From the sequence record ON190024.1: 64,000 nucleotides of DNA. One strand, 5' to 3'. The notes under the pieces are model-generated. The model worked only from the letters and a program-made list of their open reading frames with translations, was not told the DNA's origin and searched no databases. Shown here piece after piece: positions 1-8,889 of this stretch (position 1 is its first letter; each line of letters begins with the position of its first letter). A program made the position numbers and the translations under genes.

Positions 1-417
1 GTAGTTTCTGCACTATCAATGACTGATACTCTTGTTGGCCCTGCTGCACAAGGTATGCAAGACGGTTCAATGAACACTGACACTAACCAAACTGTGTTCG
101 CGGGTGTTCTAGGTGGTCGCTTCAAAGTGTACATCGACCAATACGCAGTGAACGATTACTTCACAGTTGGTTTCAAAGGTTCGACTGAAATGGACGCTGG
201 TGTGTTCTACTCACCTTACGTACCGCTGACTCCACTACGTGGTTCAGACAGCAAGAACTTCCAACCAGTAATCGGGTTCAAGACTCGTTACGGTGTGCAA
301 GTTAACCCATTCGCAGATCCAACTGCTTCGGCAACTAAAGTTGGTAACGGTGCTCCAGTCGCTGCATCAATGGGCAAAAACGCTTACTTCCGTCGCGTAT
401 TCGTTAAGGGTCTGTAA
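1..417 (+). CDS. 23: Major capsid protein gp23, C-terminal part (5' truncated by window)
   Basis: Open from base 1; gp23 C-terminal motifs YSPYVPL and FQPVIGFKTRYGVQVNPF. Confidence 0.95.
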   Translation, partial: VVSALSMTDTLVGPAAQGMQDGSMNTDTNQTVFAGVLGGRFKVYIDQYAVNDYFTVGFKGSTEMDAGVFYSPYVPLTPLRGSDSKNFQPVIGFKTRYGVQVNPFADPTASATKVGNGAPVAASMGKNAYFRRVFVKGL

Positions 418-442
418 TAGACTCTTAATTGAAACAGACAAC

Positions 443-469
443 AAAGGGGACTCTTCGGAGTCCCTTTTT
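443..469 (+). terminator. Intrinsic terminator after gene 23, likely bidirectional
   Basis: AAAGGGGACTC-TTCG-GAGTCCCTTTTT. Confidence 0.9.
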
Positions 470-473
470 GCGT

Positions 474-1571
474 TTATAGACTATGCAAATAATTGTAGGC
501 GATACTGACTCGCTTATCTTCTAGAGCTTCGCCGTATGCAGGTCCCGGCTCAACGTCAACTTTGACATTTCGGGTTAGTTCAATTAACTCAATAAGCATT
601 TTACGCTTCACTTCATCTTTTACTTGCGATAATGCAACTTCGAACGGTAGACCTTCTTTGTATGCACCTAGCTTACGTAAAACAATGACAATCGTTTCAT
701 CAAATGCATTAGCAACGTTTAGACTCATCAAGATCTCAGATGCTTTATCAAATTGCTTAGTCGCACCGAATTTTCGAGTGTAACGATTACGATGGTCGAA
801 TGATGCCCATTTAGCAATTAGCTGCACGTCTTCACACTTGAAAGGCATACGATTGTAGAACTTCAATTCAAGCAATTCGCGTGCGCTAGGTACTGCACAG
901 AACCCAATTTGACCTAAAAATGCGAAGTACATGTGCGCGTCTTTCTCAGACAGTGCTTTTTGAGTCTCTAGCCACACACGTTCTTTAGGTAGATTCTCAA
1001 GCATGCCGTCATTGATCATTTTCTTGCATAGCTCAATCGTTTCTTCTGCGACTGTAAATCCCATGCTGTAGTAACGAGCATAGAAACGAGCAACACGCAG
1101 AACACGCAATGGATCTTCAGCAAATGCTTCAGTCGTGTGACGAAGAATCTTGTTTTTTAAGTCATCTAGACCCCCGTACGGGTCGATGACATCATCAGTC
1201 GAGCCCCACATAAACAGACTATTTGGTGTCATGTCTGGTATAGCCATTGAGTTGATAGTCAAATCTCGACGAGATAAGTCGTCTTCTAACGTAACACCGT
1301 CAGTCGTGAAAGTGAAGTCAGTAGTTTTGCCGCCAGTACTGCGTTCAACACGCGCAAGCGCGACTTCATTGCCGTCTTTATCGAGCCAAACAGGGAAATC
1401 AGCGCCGATTGGTTCACCGTACATAGTCATCATTTGCTCATGCGTACAACCGGTTACGACGTAATCAATGTCTTTCGGGAATCTAGACCAACCCTCGACG
1501 TGTTTCAGAATAGAGTCGCGTACTGCGCCACCGACAATGTATTTTTTCATCAAGTTAAGATTCGCTTTCAT
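474..1571 (-). CDS. cca: tRNA nucleotidyltransferase (CCA-adding enzyme)
   Basis: VGGAVRD, DIDYVV, DLSRRDLTINSMA, EDPLRVLRVARF motifs; AGGAG SD. Confidence 0.92.
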   Translation of the reverse strand: MKANLNLMKKYIVGGAVRDSILKHVEGWSRFPKDIDYVVTGCTHEQMMTMYGEPIGADFPVWLDKDGNEVALARVERSTGGKTTDFTFTTDGVTLEDDLSRRDLTINSMAIPDMTPNSLFMWGSTDDVIDPYGGLDDLKNKILRHTTEAFAEDPLRVLRVARFYARYYSMGFTVAEETIELCKKMINDGMLENLPKERVWLETQKALSEKDAHMYFAFLGQIGFCAVPSARELLELKFYNRMPFKCEDVQLIAKWASFDHRNRYTRKFGATKQFDKASEILMSLNVANAFDETIVIVLRKLGAYKEGLPFEVALSQVKDEVKRKMLIELIELTRNVKVDVEPGPAYGEALEDKRVSIAYNYLHSL

Positions 1572-1603
1572 TGTGTTCTCCTTTTGAACCTATACAGTAC
1601 ATG

Positions 1604-1611
1604 ACTAAATA
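1604..1611 (+). promoter_or_regulatory. Late (gp55-type) promoter
   Basis: ACTAAATA, variant of T4 TATAAATA, upstream of putative virion genes. Confidence 0.6.
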
Positions 1612-1630
1612 ATATAAGTCAACCAGATTT

Positions 1631-1984
1631 ATGGGAAGATTTATGGAATACACAAAATACGAGATTCAGAAATATCGTAGTCGTCGAAGTCATGGCATAA
1701 ATCTGCCAGATTACAACGGAGCGATATACATCGACTTGCAAAGTAGCCCGTGTGGGTCTGATAGCAATTACTTTGCTGTACTGAACAGCGAAGAGCAAAT
1801 CGCAGTTGAGATTGCATTTGGCGGGTATTACAACGAAACTGAGGGTGATAGAGACCCTATACCAGAAGATACCGATTTTCATTTGATTGGTTCTCAGGGT
1901 CATTATGAAGCTCAGGGGCGAATGTTTAATAGCAACTTGCGCGTATGGCTGCGAGGGGCAGGTAAAATCACTATAATTTACTAA
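1631..1984 (+). CDS. Hypothetical late protein, beta-rich
   Basis: 117-aa ORF after late promoter, coupled to the next gene. Confidence 0.7.
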   Translation: MGRFMEYTKYEIQKYRSRRSHGINLPDYNGAIYIDLQSSPCGSDSNYFAVLNSEEQIAVEIAFGGYYNETEGDRDPIPEDTDFHLIGSQGHYEAQGRMFNSNLRVWLRGAGKITIIY

Positions 1985-1993
1985 GGGAATACT

Positions 1994-3448
1994 ATGTCAA
2001 GTATTAATATACCTGGCTTCGGCTACTCGGCTGTACCTGAATCGCCAAACGATGGGCAGCTATACGGTAGACGAAATGCCACATGGGAGTTAATTGCTCT
2101 CTCAGACGGTGTGTTAGAAGCACCCGCAGACGGACAAGAATATGTTCGAAAAGATTTTCAATGGGTTTTGCCAACTTACCCAACTTATACTGCAAGTAAT
2201 ATCAGCCTAACGTCGTCGTTATTCGCGTCAACGAATGTTCACGATGCGCTTGAGGAACTTTACTACGAAAACCCACTCAATGTCGTGCTTGTTCGCAGCG
2301 AAGATGATCTGCCAGCACCGCAACTTATCAATGGTGTGTTGACGCACAAACTCGAAGAAAAGGAATATGTCCTTGATGGTAATGTTACGATTGCAAATCC
2401 ACTAGGGTTTCCGGGAGCGGGGAACAGTGCAACGATTAAAGCGATAAACCGTTCGGTGTTGACTTATACTGGAACCGATGCCATGTTCTATGATCTAGGG
2501 GCACAAGGAAATATTGAAATCGCTGGTCAGACTGAGTTCCAAGCCCCGAATGCCGACATGTTCAATTTGATTTCTGGTGCGGGTGGTTTCTCATTTCAGT
2601 CACGGTATGCTGACCGATTCAATAACTGTGACCGTCTAGGTGAAGTTTACTGCGGCGGATTATCTACGATTGTGTTCAATAACGGTACATTCAGAAACTT
2701 CAATCAAGGGCTTGTTGTTCACGACCCGGGCTTTTTTGAAGTAAACACGTTCTTCGTATTCGGAAACAATCAAGCCGGTTGCACGTACTTTACAGTACAA
2801 GGAACATCATCAACTGGCTCGATTAACATCGACACATTGACATGTTCTATCGGGACAAATGAGACAATTTTCAATTTTAACCCGAATATCCAAGCAACTA
2901 TTGATACGATCAACGTTCGAAACTGTACACTACGCGGTCCGTTGAATGGTACGATTTTCGCACCGGGAAGTTTGACACCACGAGATTACAAGTTTGAAAG
3001 TATCGGCAACACATTAATCGGCAACACTGTACATGGCGGGTTAATGTCACTTACGAATAACACCACTCCTACAGTAGTGGGTGCGATCAACACTCCAACT
3101 CTAGCAGCGGGAACATGGGATATACAAGAAACATCACATTTCGAGGCATCTACAACGGGTAGACTTACATCCCAAGTTATCAGAACAATTTCGTCTAGTG
3201 TGGATGCGTCAATAAGCGTCGAGCCTGCTACGGGTAACGGTGTTATCATTCGCTGTTATCTTGCCAAGAATGGCGTGCCTATCGTCGCTAGTGCGAAAAC
3301 AACTACGGTTGATAATGGAGACCCAGCAAACTTGGCAATATCATGGCAACTTGATATTTCTGAAGGCGACTACATTGAAATATTCGTCGAGAATAGAACG
3401 AGTGGCGCAGCGGTTATTGTCACAGATGCTACGTTACGCATCCCGTAA
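1994..3448 (+). CDS. Putative trimeric virion fibre with two N-terminal foldon-like motifs
   Basis: PESPNDGQLYGRRNATW and EAPADGQEYVRKDFQWV resemble the T4 fibritin foldon; remainder rich in N/T/G, beta-helix-like. Confidence 0.6.
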   Translation: MSSINIPGFGYSAVPESPNDGQLYGRRNATWELIALSDGVLEAPADGQEYVRKDFQWVLPTYPTYTASNISLTSSLFASTNVHDALEELYYENPLNVVLVRSEDDLPAPQLINGVLTHKLEEKEYVLDGNVTIANPLGFPGAGNSATIKAINRSVLTYTGTDAMFYDLGAQGNIEIAGQTEFQAPNADMFNLISGAGGFSFQSRYADRFNNCDRLGEVYCGGLSTIVFNNGTFRNFNQGLVVHDPGFFEVNTFFVFGNNQAGCTYFTVQGTSSTGSINIDTLTCSIGTNETIFNFNPNIQATIDTINVRNCTLRGPLNGTIFAPGSLTPRDYKFESIGNTLIGNTVHGGLMSLTNNTTPTVVGAINTPTLAAGTWDIQETSHFEASTTGRLTSQVIRTISSSVDASISVEPATGNGVIIRCYLAKNGVPIVASAKTTTVDNGDPANLAISWQLDISEGDYIEIFVENRTSGAAVIVTDATLRIP

Positions 3449-3454
3449 TAAATA
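3447..3454 (+). promoter_or_regulatory. Late promoter upstream of inh
   Basis: AATAAATA. Confidence 0.55.
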
Positions 3455-3484
3455 TAATTGAATGAATAAATTTGGAGATTCACA

Positions 3485-3976
3485 ATGAGTCAATTGAAAA
3501 CACACGCAGATTCACTAACTAAAGCCGAACTAGATGAGTTTGCACAAGAATATTACGGCATCGAGCTTGATCGTCGTAAATCAAAAGGCGCTATGACTAA
3601 AGCTCTTCTTGAAGGCGCTGAAGGTAAAACTCCACTGAAGCAACTTCCATGGGAAGAGCTTCTTCTTGAAGAAACACCTGATCCAGTCGTAGAGACGAAA
3701 GTCAAAGAAGAATCCGAAGCTGTTAAAGTTGAGCTTCCGAAAGATGATTCTTTCGAGCCTCTACCACTACCTTTCAAGCGTGGTCATGAACGTTTCATGA
3801 TTGCGTCTGATTCTGCCGTTGAATCGGCAAAGGGAATTGTTGCAGGTAAAGCCTCGCTTGACGATGTGCTTGCATCAGATCTTCGCGTAGTTAAATCAAT
3901 CTTGCATTATGTCGAGCAAGACGGCAAGGTGCTAGTGCGTGAAACTCGCAATAGTCAATTCATCACAATTAAATAG
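3485..3976 (+). CDS. inh: Inh, inhibitor of prohead protease / minor capsid protein
   Basis: N-terminal AELDEFAQEYYGIELDRRKS; C-terminal ILHYVEQDGKVLVRETRNSQF like T4 Inh. Confidence 0.8.
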   Translation: MSQLKTHADSLTKAELDEFAQEYYGIELDRRKSKGAMTKALLEGAEGKTPLKQLPWEELLLEETPDPVVETKVKEESEAVKVELPKDDSFEPLPLPFKRGHERFMIASDSAVESAKGIVAGKASLDDVLASDLRVVKSILHYVEQDGKVLVRETRNSQFITIK

Positions 3977-3984
3977 GAACTGAA

Positions 3985-4317
3985 ATGACAACACCAATCA
4001 ATACTGATATGAACCTTGCAGTCACTCTTGATGATTTGACTGTAGCAGCGGCAATCGCTGCGAAAAGTGGGTATGATGATGTGACAACTTCCGCGCTAAA
4101 TCACGCGGGTGAGTCATACATCATTGTAGACAAGCAAACTTATGAAGAGCTTAAAGCTGCGATTGAGACTGCTAGTCCGTTGAGTTCAATCACTGGTCTT
4201 TCTCAAGAGTGCATTGACATTCTAGCAGGAGCAGTTGATTCAGCAACGACACTTTGCCGCGAACACACTAACAGTCGATTCTTCCGAATCGCATGGACTG
4301 TTACCGTAACGCCATAA
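3985..4317 (+). CDS. Hypothetical protein
   Basis: 110-aa ORF with AGGA SD, followed by terminator. Confidence 0.75.
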   Translation: MTTPINTDMNLAVTLDDLTVAAAIAAKSGYDDVTTSALNHAGESYIIVDKQTYEELKAAIETASPLSSITGLSQECIDILAGAVDSATTLCREHTNSRFFRIAWTVTVTP

Positions 4318-4320
4318 TAG

Positions 4321-4347
4321 AAAAGCCCGCATTTAGCGGGCTTTTTT
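4321..4347. terminator. Bidirectional terminator
   Basis: AAAAGCCCGC-ATTTA-GCGGGCTTTTTT between convergent genes. Confidence 0.85.
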
Positions 4348-4375
4348 GTGTCTACGAGACGCGCTGTAAGCGATT

Positions 4376-5560
4376 CTAAGCGACGAACGCTACGCGCTGT
4401 ACGATTGTCTGTTTTTCGTCGCGAAACTCGTCGTGAGCTTTTACAGTCGCTTTTACAGTTACTGTAGTGCCGTTCTCAATCTTTTCGCCTTCTTTATCGC
4501 GTAGGCGAGTTGAGCCAAACCACACGATTAGGTTGTTTTGTTCGTCTCGGAAATGATGGATGAACGTGTCGCCATAGTAGCCTTCAGATACGATGACTTT
4601 TTCAAGTGTCACATTGAAGTTTTCACGTTTTTTGATGATACCGACGTGCTCAGATTCAGGCAACTCTGCTTTACGTTCAGCTTCGCGTTTAGCTAGAATC
4701 TCACGCTCTTTTGCTTTGTTAAAAGCTAAGATAGCTGCCGCAATATAACCAGTCTGTTTGTACTCGATGAATGGAGCAGCACATGACGCGATAACATTGT
4801 GCATGAAATCGTTCGTCGCTTCTTGAGTTGAAACCCATTCTAAGATCTCTTTTGCTTGCTCTTCACACTTATCGTAATCGTATTCCGCAAGCATTGCATC
4901 ACGCTCTTCACGCAGTGCTGGTGAGCCAACATTAATCATGTCGATAACCCACTGACGAGTCACACCACCGCCATGGTAACAGCCTTTGTGCTCAACATAC
5001 ATAGCAGCCCATGTAACAATCTGAAGTGCGTTGTATGAGATTTTACGAGAACCACCACCCCATGACTCTTCATCACCGAAATCAGCGATTGCAGTGTAGA
5101 ACGTAGCTAGTGAGTCGATGGATTTAGTTGGTAGGTAGTATTTCAAGCATGAACCGCCAACGCGCATTTCTTCTTTCGTCTCTTCATTTTGAATGACGTA
5201 GGTTACATTACGCTGACGTTTAGAGTTGCAGTGATCGCAAGTTGTGTCACCTAGAAGATGACGATGATTAGTCTCGTTGTTAGAGCGAACAAGATTTGTT
5301 GCGTGGTCAAGTTGAGTCAAGAAAGACCAACCTTTAGTTGACGGGTATTCACCGCGAATAGTAACATCAACGTAATATTCACGATATTTTTGATGATTGA
5401 TGATAATGATTTCTGAGTACACTTCACCGAACTCAAATGTGATTTCAGCAACACCAAGACGTTTTGCAATCTTGTTAGTAGATGCAACACGCGCTTCGAA
5501 CTCGCTCATGTAGATTGATTTGATTGTGTAAGTGTTTTCGAATTTGTTTAGTGAAGTCAT
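4376..5560 (-). CDS. Early hypothetical protein with putative Zn-binding Cys motif and OB-fold-like C-terminus
   Basis: 394 aa; CDHC...VGGSCL; C-terminal VTVKATVKAHDEFRDEKQT. Confidence 0.7.
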   Translation of the reverse strand: MTSLNKFENTYTIKSIYMSEFEARVASTNKIAKRLGVAEITFEFGEVYSEIIIINHQKYREYYVDVTIRGEYPSTKGWSFLTQLDHATNLVRSNNETNHRHLLGDTTCDHCNSKRQRNVTYVIQNEETKEEMRVGGSCLKYYLPTKSIDSLATFYTAIADFGDEESWGGGSRKISYNALQIVTWAAMYVEHKGCYHGGGVTRQWVIDMINVGSPALREERDAMLAEYDYDKCEEQAKEILEWVSTQEATNDFMHNVIASCAAPFIEYKQTGYIAAAILAFNKAKEREILAKREAERKAELPESEHVGIIKKRENFNVTLEKVIVSEGYYGDTFIHHFRDEQNNLIVWFGSTRLRDKEGEKIENGTTVTVKATVKAHDEFRDEKQTIVQRVAFVA

Positions 5561-5602
5561 AATATTCTCTCTTGTTGTGGACGATTCGTTTCGTTGATAG
5601 AG

Positions 5603-5631
5603 ATATTACGGCTTTTTGGTGTAGTCGTCAA
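5603..5631 (-). promoter_or_regulatory. Early sigma70-type promoter
   Basis: TTGACG-17-TAATAT followed by conserved leader ATCAACGAAACGA...AAGAGAGAATATTATG. Confidence 0.8.
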
Positions 5632-5642
5632 CCAATAGATAC

Positions 5643-5667
5643 AAAAAAAGCGCAAAATGCGCTTTTT
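5643..5667 (-). terminator. Terminator
   Basis: AAAAAGCGCA-TTT-TGCGCTTTTTTT on minus strand. Confidence 0.75.
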
Positions 5668-5764
5668 AATTATCAACCAGGTAAGAAATCTGCTGACTCG
5701 GGGTGAATTTGTGTTTTTCAGCACACGCTTCAGTCAATTCAGTTGACTCTTAGGATGTTTTCAT
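5666..5764 (-). pseudogene. Possible 32-codon gene with in-frame TAA at codon 5
   Basis: Reads MKTS*ESTELTEACAEKHKFTPSQQISYLVDN*; GAAGAG SD; ends at the terminator. Confidence 0.3.
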
Positions 5765-5775
5765 TTATTGCTCTT

Positions 5776-6738
5776 CTATTTGTCTAAGTTAAAAATTGTA
5801 ACATCATCATGAGTCACAAACGATGGTTTGTAACCGTATTGCGGACCAAGGCGATTGAATAACCGCTTGTACAGACTGATTCGTTTCTCGTTCCCATCTT
5901 TGATTGATGTTGCAATTGTCTCACAGTTGTATTTCTTAGCAAAGTTCACTGTTTCATTGACTACCGTTGCAAATACTTTCATTGGGTTTTCAGAAGCAGT
6001 CAGATCATTAGTCCAGCCACTCTCACCGCGAACTTGAAAATGCACCTCAACAGCTTGTACAAACTCAGGCGGATTGAAATTGAAAATCTCATCATTACCA
6101 CCCCAATCAATGCCTCGCGGTATTAGAATGACGCGATAAACTTGTTTACCTATCTGAAATAGACCCTCGATTGGTTTCTTGTCACCCACGGGAACGTCGC
6201 CTTTCGGGTACATGACTTTCGCGGGCTTGTCAAGTGATTCCGTCAAATTAACCGAAGACAGCCACTCGCGCCATGTCTTTTTATTTCCGATTTTCGCAAA
6301 CGGAATATCGTCATGGTCTAGCCACTGTGCCGAGCGGTCATACGACTGAGAAGTATCAAATCCGCGGTAATCATCGCCAACCCATAGCCATTTATGATGC
6401 CAGATTTGATTGACTTGACGTGGCTTAGAAACAGCACCGTCTTTGTAAGTGATCATCATACCCGCGCCTGGTTCCTGTACAGTGTCAAATTCAACTGAGT
6501 CATAGAACGCAACGCCACCTTTTTTATAGTCAATTCGGACAATGTTCGGTGTGAATTGCGGATTTGCTATTGATACTTGAGTACGAGCATCAGCAACCAT
6601 TTGCTTGAACTCGTCAGGAACATAGTCAACGTGAACATATAATGAACCGCCAATGTCTTTACCAACGCCCCATTTGCTGCGTTTTACTGCACTACCTTTT
6701 CGGGTTTTTAATGTAGCGCGTTCAAAAAATATGCTCAT
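5776..6738 (-). CDS. Two-domain late protein: N-terminal domain like the non-catalytic domain of dnd-associated methyltransferases, C-terminal internal-head-protein-like domain
   Basis: VGKDIGGSLYVH, EFDTVQEP, IWHHKWLWVGDDY, IGNKKTWREWL; second half resembles 51582..52463. Confidence 0.55.
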   Translation of the reverse strand: MSIFFERATLKTRKGSAVKRSKWGVGKDIGGSLYVHVDYVPDEFKQMVADARTQVSIANPQFTPNIVRIDYKKGGVAFYDSVEFDTVQEPGAGMMITYKDGAVSKPRQVNQIWHHKWLWVGDDYRGFDTSQSYDRSAQWLDHDDIPFAKIGNKKTWREWLSSVNLTESLDKPAKVMYPKGDVPVGDKKPIEGLFQIGKQVYRVILIPRGIDWGGNDEIFNFNPPEFVQAVEVHFQVRGESGWTNDLTASENPMKVFATVVNETVNFAKKYNCETIATSIKDGNEKRISLYKRLFNRLGPQYGYKPSFVTHDDVTIFNLDK

Positions 6739-6740
6739 TA

Positions 6741-7334
6741 TTACCTCGTTGCTGCGTTTGTGATATTTCTGATCATACGCACTGCGAATTGAGTGTCGCC
6801 TGTCATGGCTGCTGACGCCGCCTTATCGACGTAAAACGTGCTATCTTCGATCATGTTCAAGTGATGGTAGATTTCACGAAAATCATGGCGGTCGAACTCT
6901 TTAGTGGTGAAACGAAGCGCGCCTGCTTTCTTGTCATCGTCGTGAACACGTTTGTATTCATCAATGACTCGAATCATTTCACTAGCGTATTTCTTCATTT
7001 TCATGTTATCGAGCTTCAAACGTTTTGCTGCTTGAATTACCTCGTCACGAGGACGCTCAAGTTCAATCGCATCTTTAAGAATGTTCAGGCTGTGAATGGT
7101 ATTCACTGCTGCCTTTTCCATTTGTAATTTGTGATCTTCAAGCGTTCGATTATGCTTTCTCAACTCACCAGTTGCGGTAGCACTTGCAATCAAGCCAGCA
7201 AAAACTCCCCAGAACCCGCCTTTACGCTGCAAGCGTTTCTTAACTTCGCCTTTCGAACCTGCTGTAATTGCTTGAAATTGAGCCCATTTGCCGCTTTTTC
7301 TTGCTTTATCCATTTCTGTTAAAAATTCAATCAT
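6741..7334 (-). CDS. Late hypothetical helical protein, candidate internal head protein
   Basis: Starts MIEFLTE; preceded by late promoter. Confidence 0.7.
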   Translation of the reverse strand: MIEFLTEMDKARKSGKWAQFQAITAGSKGEVKKRLQRKGGFWGVFAGLIASATATGELRKHNRTLEDHKLQMEKAAVNTIHSLNILKDAIELERPRDEVIQAAKRLKLDNMKMKKYASEMIRVIDEYKRVHDDDKKAGALRFTTKEFDRHDFREIYHHLNMIEDSTFYVDKAASAAMTGDTQFAVRMIRNITNAATR

Positions 7335-7359
7335 AGCTTTAACCCCTTATTGTTTACTG

Positions 7360-7367
7360 TATTTAGA
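7360..7367 (-). promoter_or_regulatory. Late promoter
   Basis: TCTAAATA on minus strand. Confidence 0.6.
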
Positions 7368-7374
7368 CGTAAAC

Positions 7375-7402
7375 GAAAAAAGGGCGACCGAAGTCACCCT
7401 TT
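7375..7402 (-). terminator. Terminator
   Basis: AAAGGGTGAC-TTCG-GTCGCCCTTTTTT on minus strand. Confidence 0.85.
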
Positions 7403-7416
7403 AACAGTTGGTTAAA

Positions 7417-8043
7417 TTAACCGTAGATTGCTTTGATGTTATCAAAGAACGAAGAAGATTTATTTACCTTCGCGATTACGTAGGTAGCATTCATCCGAAC
7501 CATGTTCGATACGTTGATTTTTTCAAGCTCTTCTTTATCGAGATTTGCATCAGTGACAAGTTTTAGAATGTCGCGTGCATTGTCTCGCAATGCAATTGAT
7601 GTCAGATAGCGAATTTGCTGCTTTGCTTCAAGTGATTTGAATGCATCAATCGCATCTTGACCAGCAACTGCAACTGAAAGACCCAGCCCGCGATTAAGTG
7701 CGCGAGTCAAAAGCTTCTCCATGCCTTCGATTGGCTTGCGTGGCGTCGCTCGTTTTGGGATGTCGATAGCTAGACGACCTTTGTTTTTCAGCGAGTAAAC
7801 GTGAACTTCACGAACGCCGTACTTCTCAAATCGTGTTACGATGATCTCATCAGAGTTCTGTACGTTATCTTGTACACGTCGTCGTAGAGTTTCGTTGTAC
7901 TCGCCGCCATTTAGTGCATAGACAAGTTCAGCAACGGTTAGATCACGATGTGAAAGTAGCTCGATAATCGCAGGGCGAAAGTTTTTGCTGCTAACTTTGT
8001 CATTTGAAGCAAGTGCTTTGCGTACGATTTCAACGTTTTTCAT
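7417..8043 (-). CDS. Putative winged-helix DNA-binding protein
   Basis: IIELLSHRDLTVAELVYAL...RRRVQDNV wHTH-like pattern; basic KRATPRK linker. Confidence 0.5.
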   Translation of the reverse strand: MKNVEIVRKALASNDKVSSKNFRPAIIELLSHRDLTVAELVYALNGGEYNETLRRRVQDNVQNSDEIIVTRFEKYGVREVHVYSLKNKGRLAIDIPKRATPRKPIEGMEKLLTRALNRGLGLSVAVAGQDAIDAFKSLEAKQQIRYLTSIALRDNARDILKLVTDANLDKEELEKINVSNMVRMNATYVIAKVNKSSSFFDNIKAIYG

Positions 8044-8059
8044 AATATATTTCTCTCAA

Positions 8060-8335
8060 TTAAATTTCTTTCTCAACGGGAACTTGAATTTCATCAAATT
8101 GCGTATCGTGGTATTGCTCATACGCTTCGTGAAAGCTATCAAGTTCATCGTCAACTATAATCTGTTCGCCGGTCTCGAAAACATACATGATGCTATCGTA
8201 TAAACCAGTGGCAGTATTGTACATTGGTTCAGTTGTGAATCTCACACCGCACGGTGTGAAAAGCTCAATTCTGACTTCAGGGACTGGTACTTGCTCTGCA
8301 TTGTGTACTGCAAATGCTTGTTCTAATCTAGTCAT
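8060..8335 (-). CDS. Hypothetical protein
   Basis: Start reassigned to ATG after GAGAG SD. Confidence 0.7.
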   Translation of the reverse strand: MTRLEQAFAVHNAEQVPVPEVRIELFTPCGVRFTTEPMYNTATGLYDSIMYVFETGEQIIVDDELDSFHEAYEQYHDTQFDEIQVPVEKEI

Positions 8336-8367
8336 AATGTGCTCTCTGTATTGTCTCAACGAAAACA

Positions 8368-8396
8368 AGTTTAGGTCAAGACAATACTAATGTCAA
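8368..8396 (-). promoter_or_regulatory. Sigma70-type promoter overlapped by an inverted repeat
   Basis: TTGACA-17-TAAACT; IR GTATTGTCT (8348-8356) / AGACAATAC (8379-8387). Confidence 0.65.
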
Positions 8397-8885
8397 TTAC
8401 TTTTTGCGCCATTTTGCAAGTTTTTCATCGTATTCACTGTGCTTCCACAAGTCAAACACGATAGTACCGCTCTGAAACCACCACACAAGTGAGATTGTAT
8501 CATTCAGCTTAGGATCTTTAGGGTTCTTTCCTAAGTAAAGCTCAGTACTCGGGTGCGAGTGGTAGATTGCTTTTTTGACAGCGAACTTATATCCGCCTTC
8601 TGGCATACCAATTTCTTTTGATGGGTAGATATTACCCAGATACGCTACTTGGTATACTGTGTTTTTGAACACAACACGAGCCGAGTCAATATTGAAAAGC
8701 AAGTTTTGATACTTAGCAGCATTCGGGGCAATCTTCCATTTATTCTTAGGCTTAGTTTCGAGTAGTTTATCAATCTCTGGTTCTGGTATCAATTTACCGA
8801 GATTGTGATTTCCCCATTCTTCCTCAAGAGAAAGACTAATATGAATGCCGTAAAGCGTGTTTTCATATTCGTTAAATCGAAGCAT
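8397..8885 (-). CDS. Hypothetical protein, probably late
   Basis: 162-aa ORF coupled to Inh-like gene. Confidence 0.7.
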   Translation of the reverse strand: MLRFNEYENTLYGIHISLSLEEEWGNHNLGKLIPEPEIDKLLETKPKNKWKIAPNAAKYQNLLFNIDSARVVFKNTVYQVAYLGNIYPSKEIGMPEGGYKFAVKKAIYHSHPSTELYLGKNPKDPKLNDTISLVWWFQSGTIVFDLWKHSEYDEKLAKWRKK

Positions 8886-8889
8886 GTTG

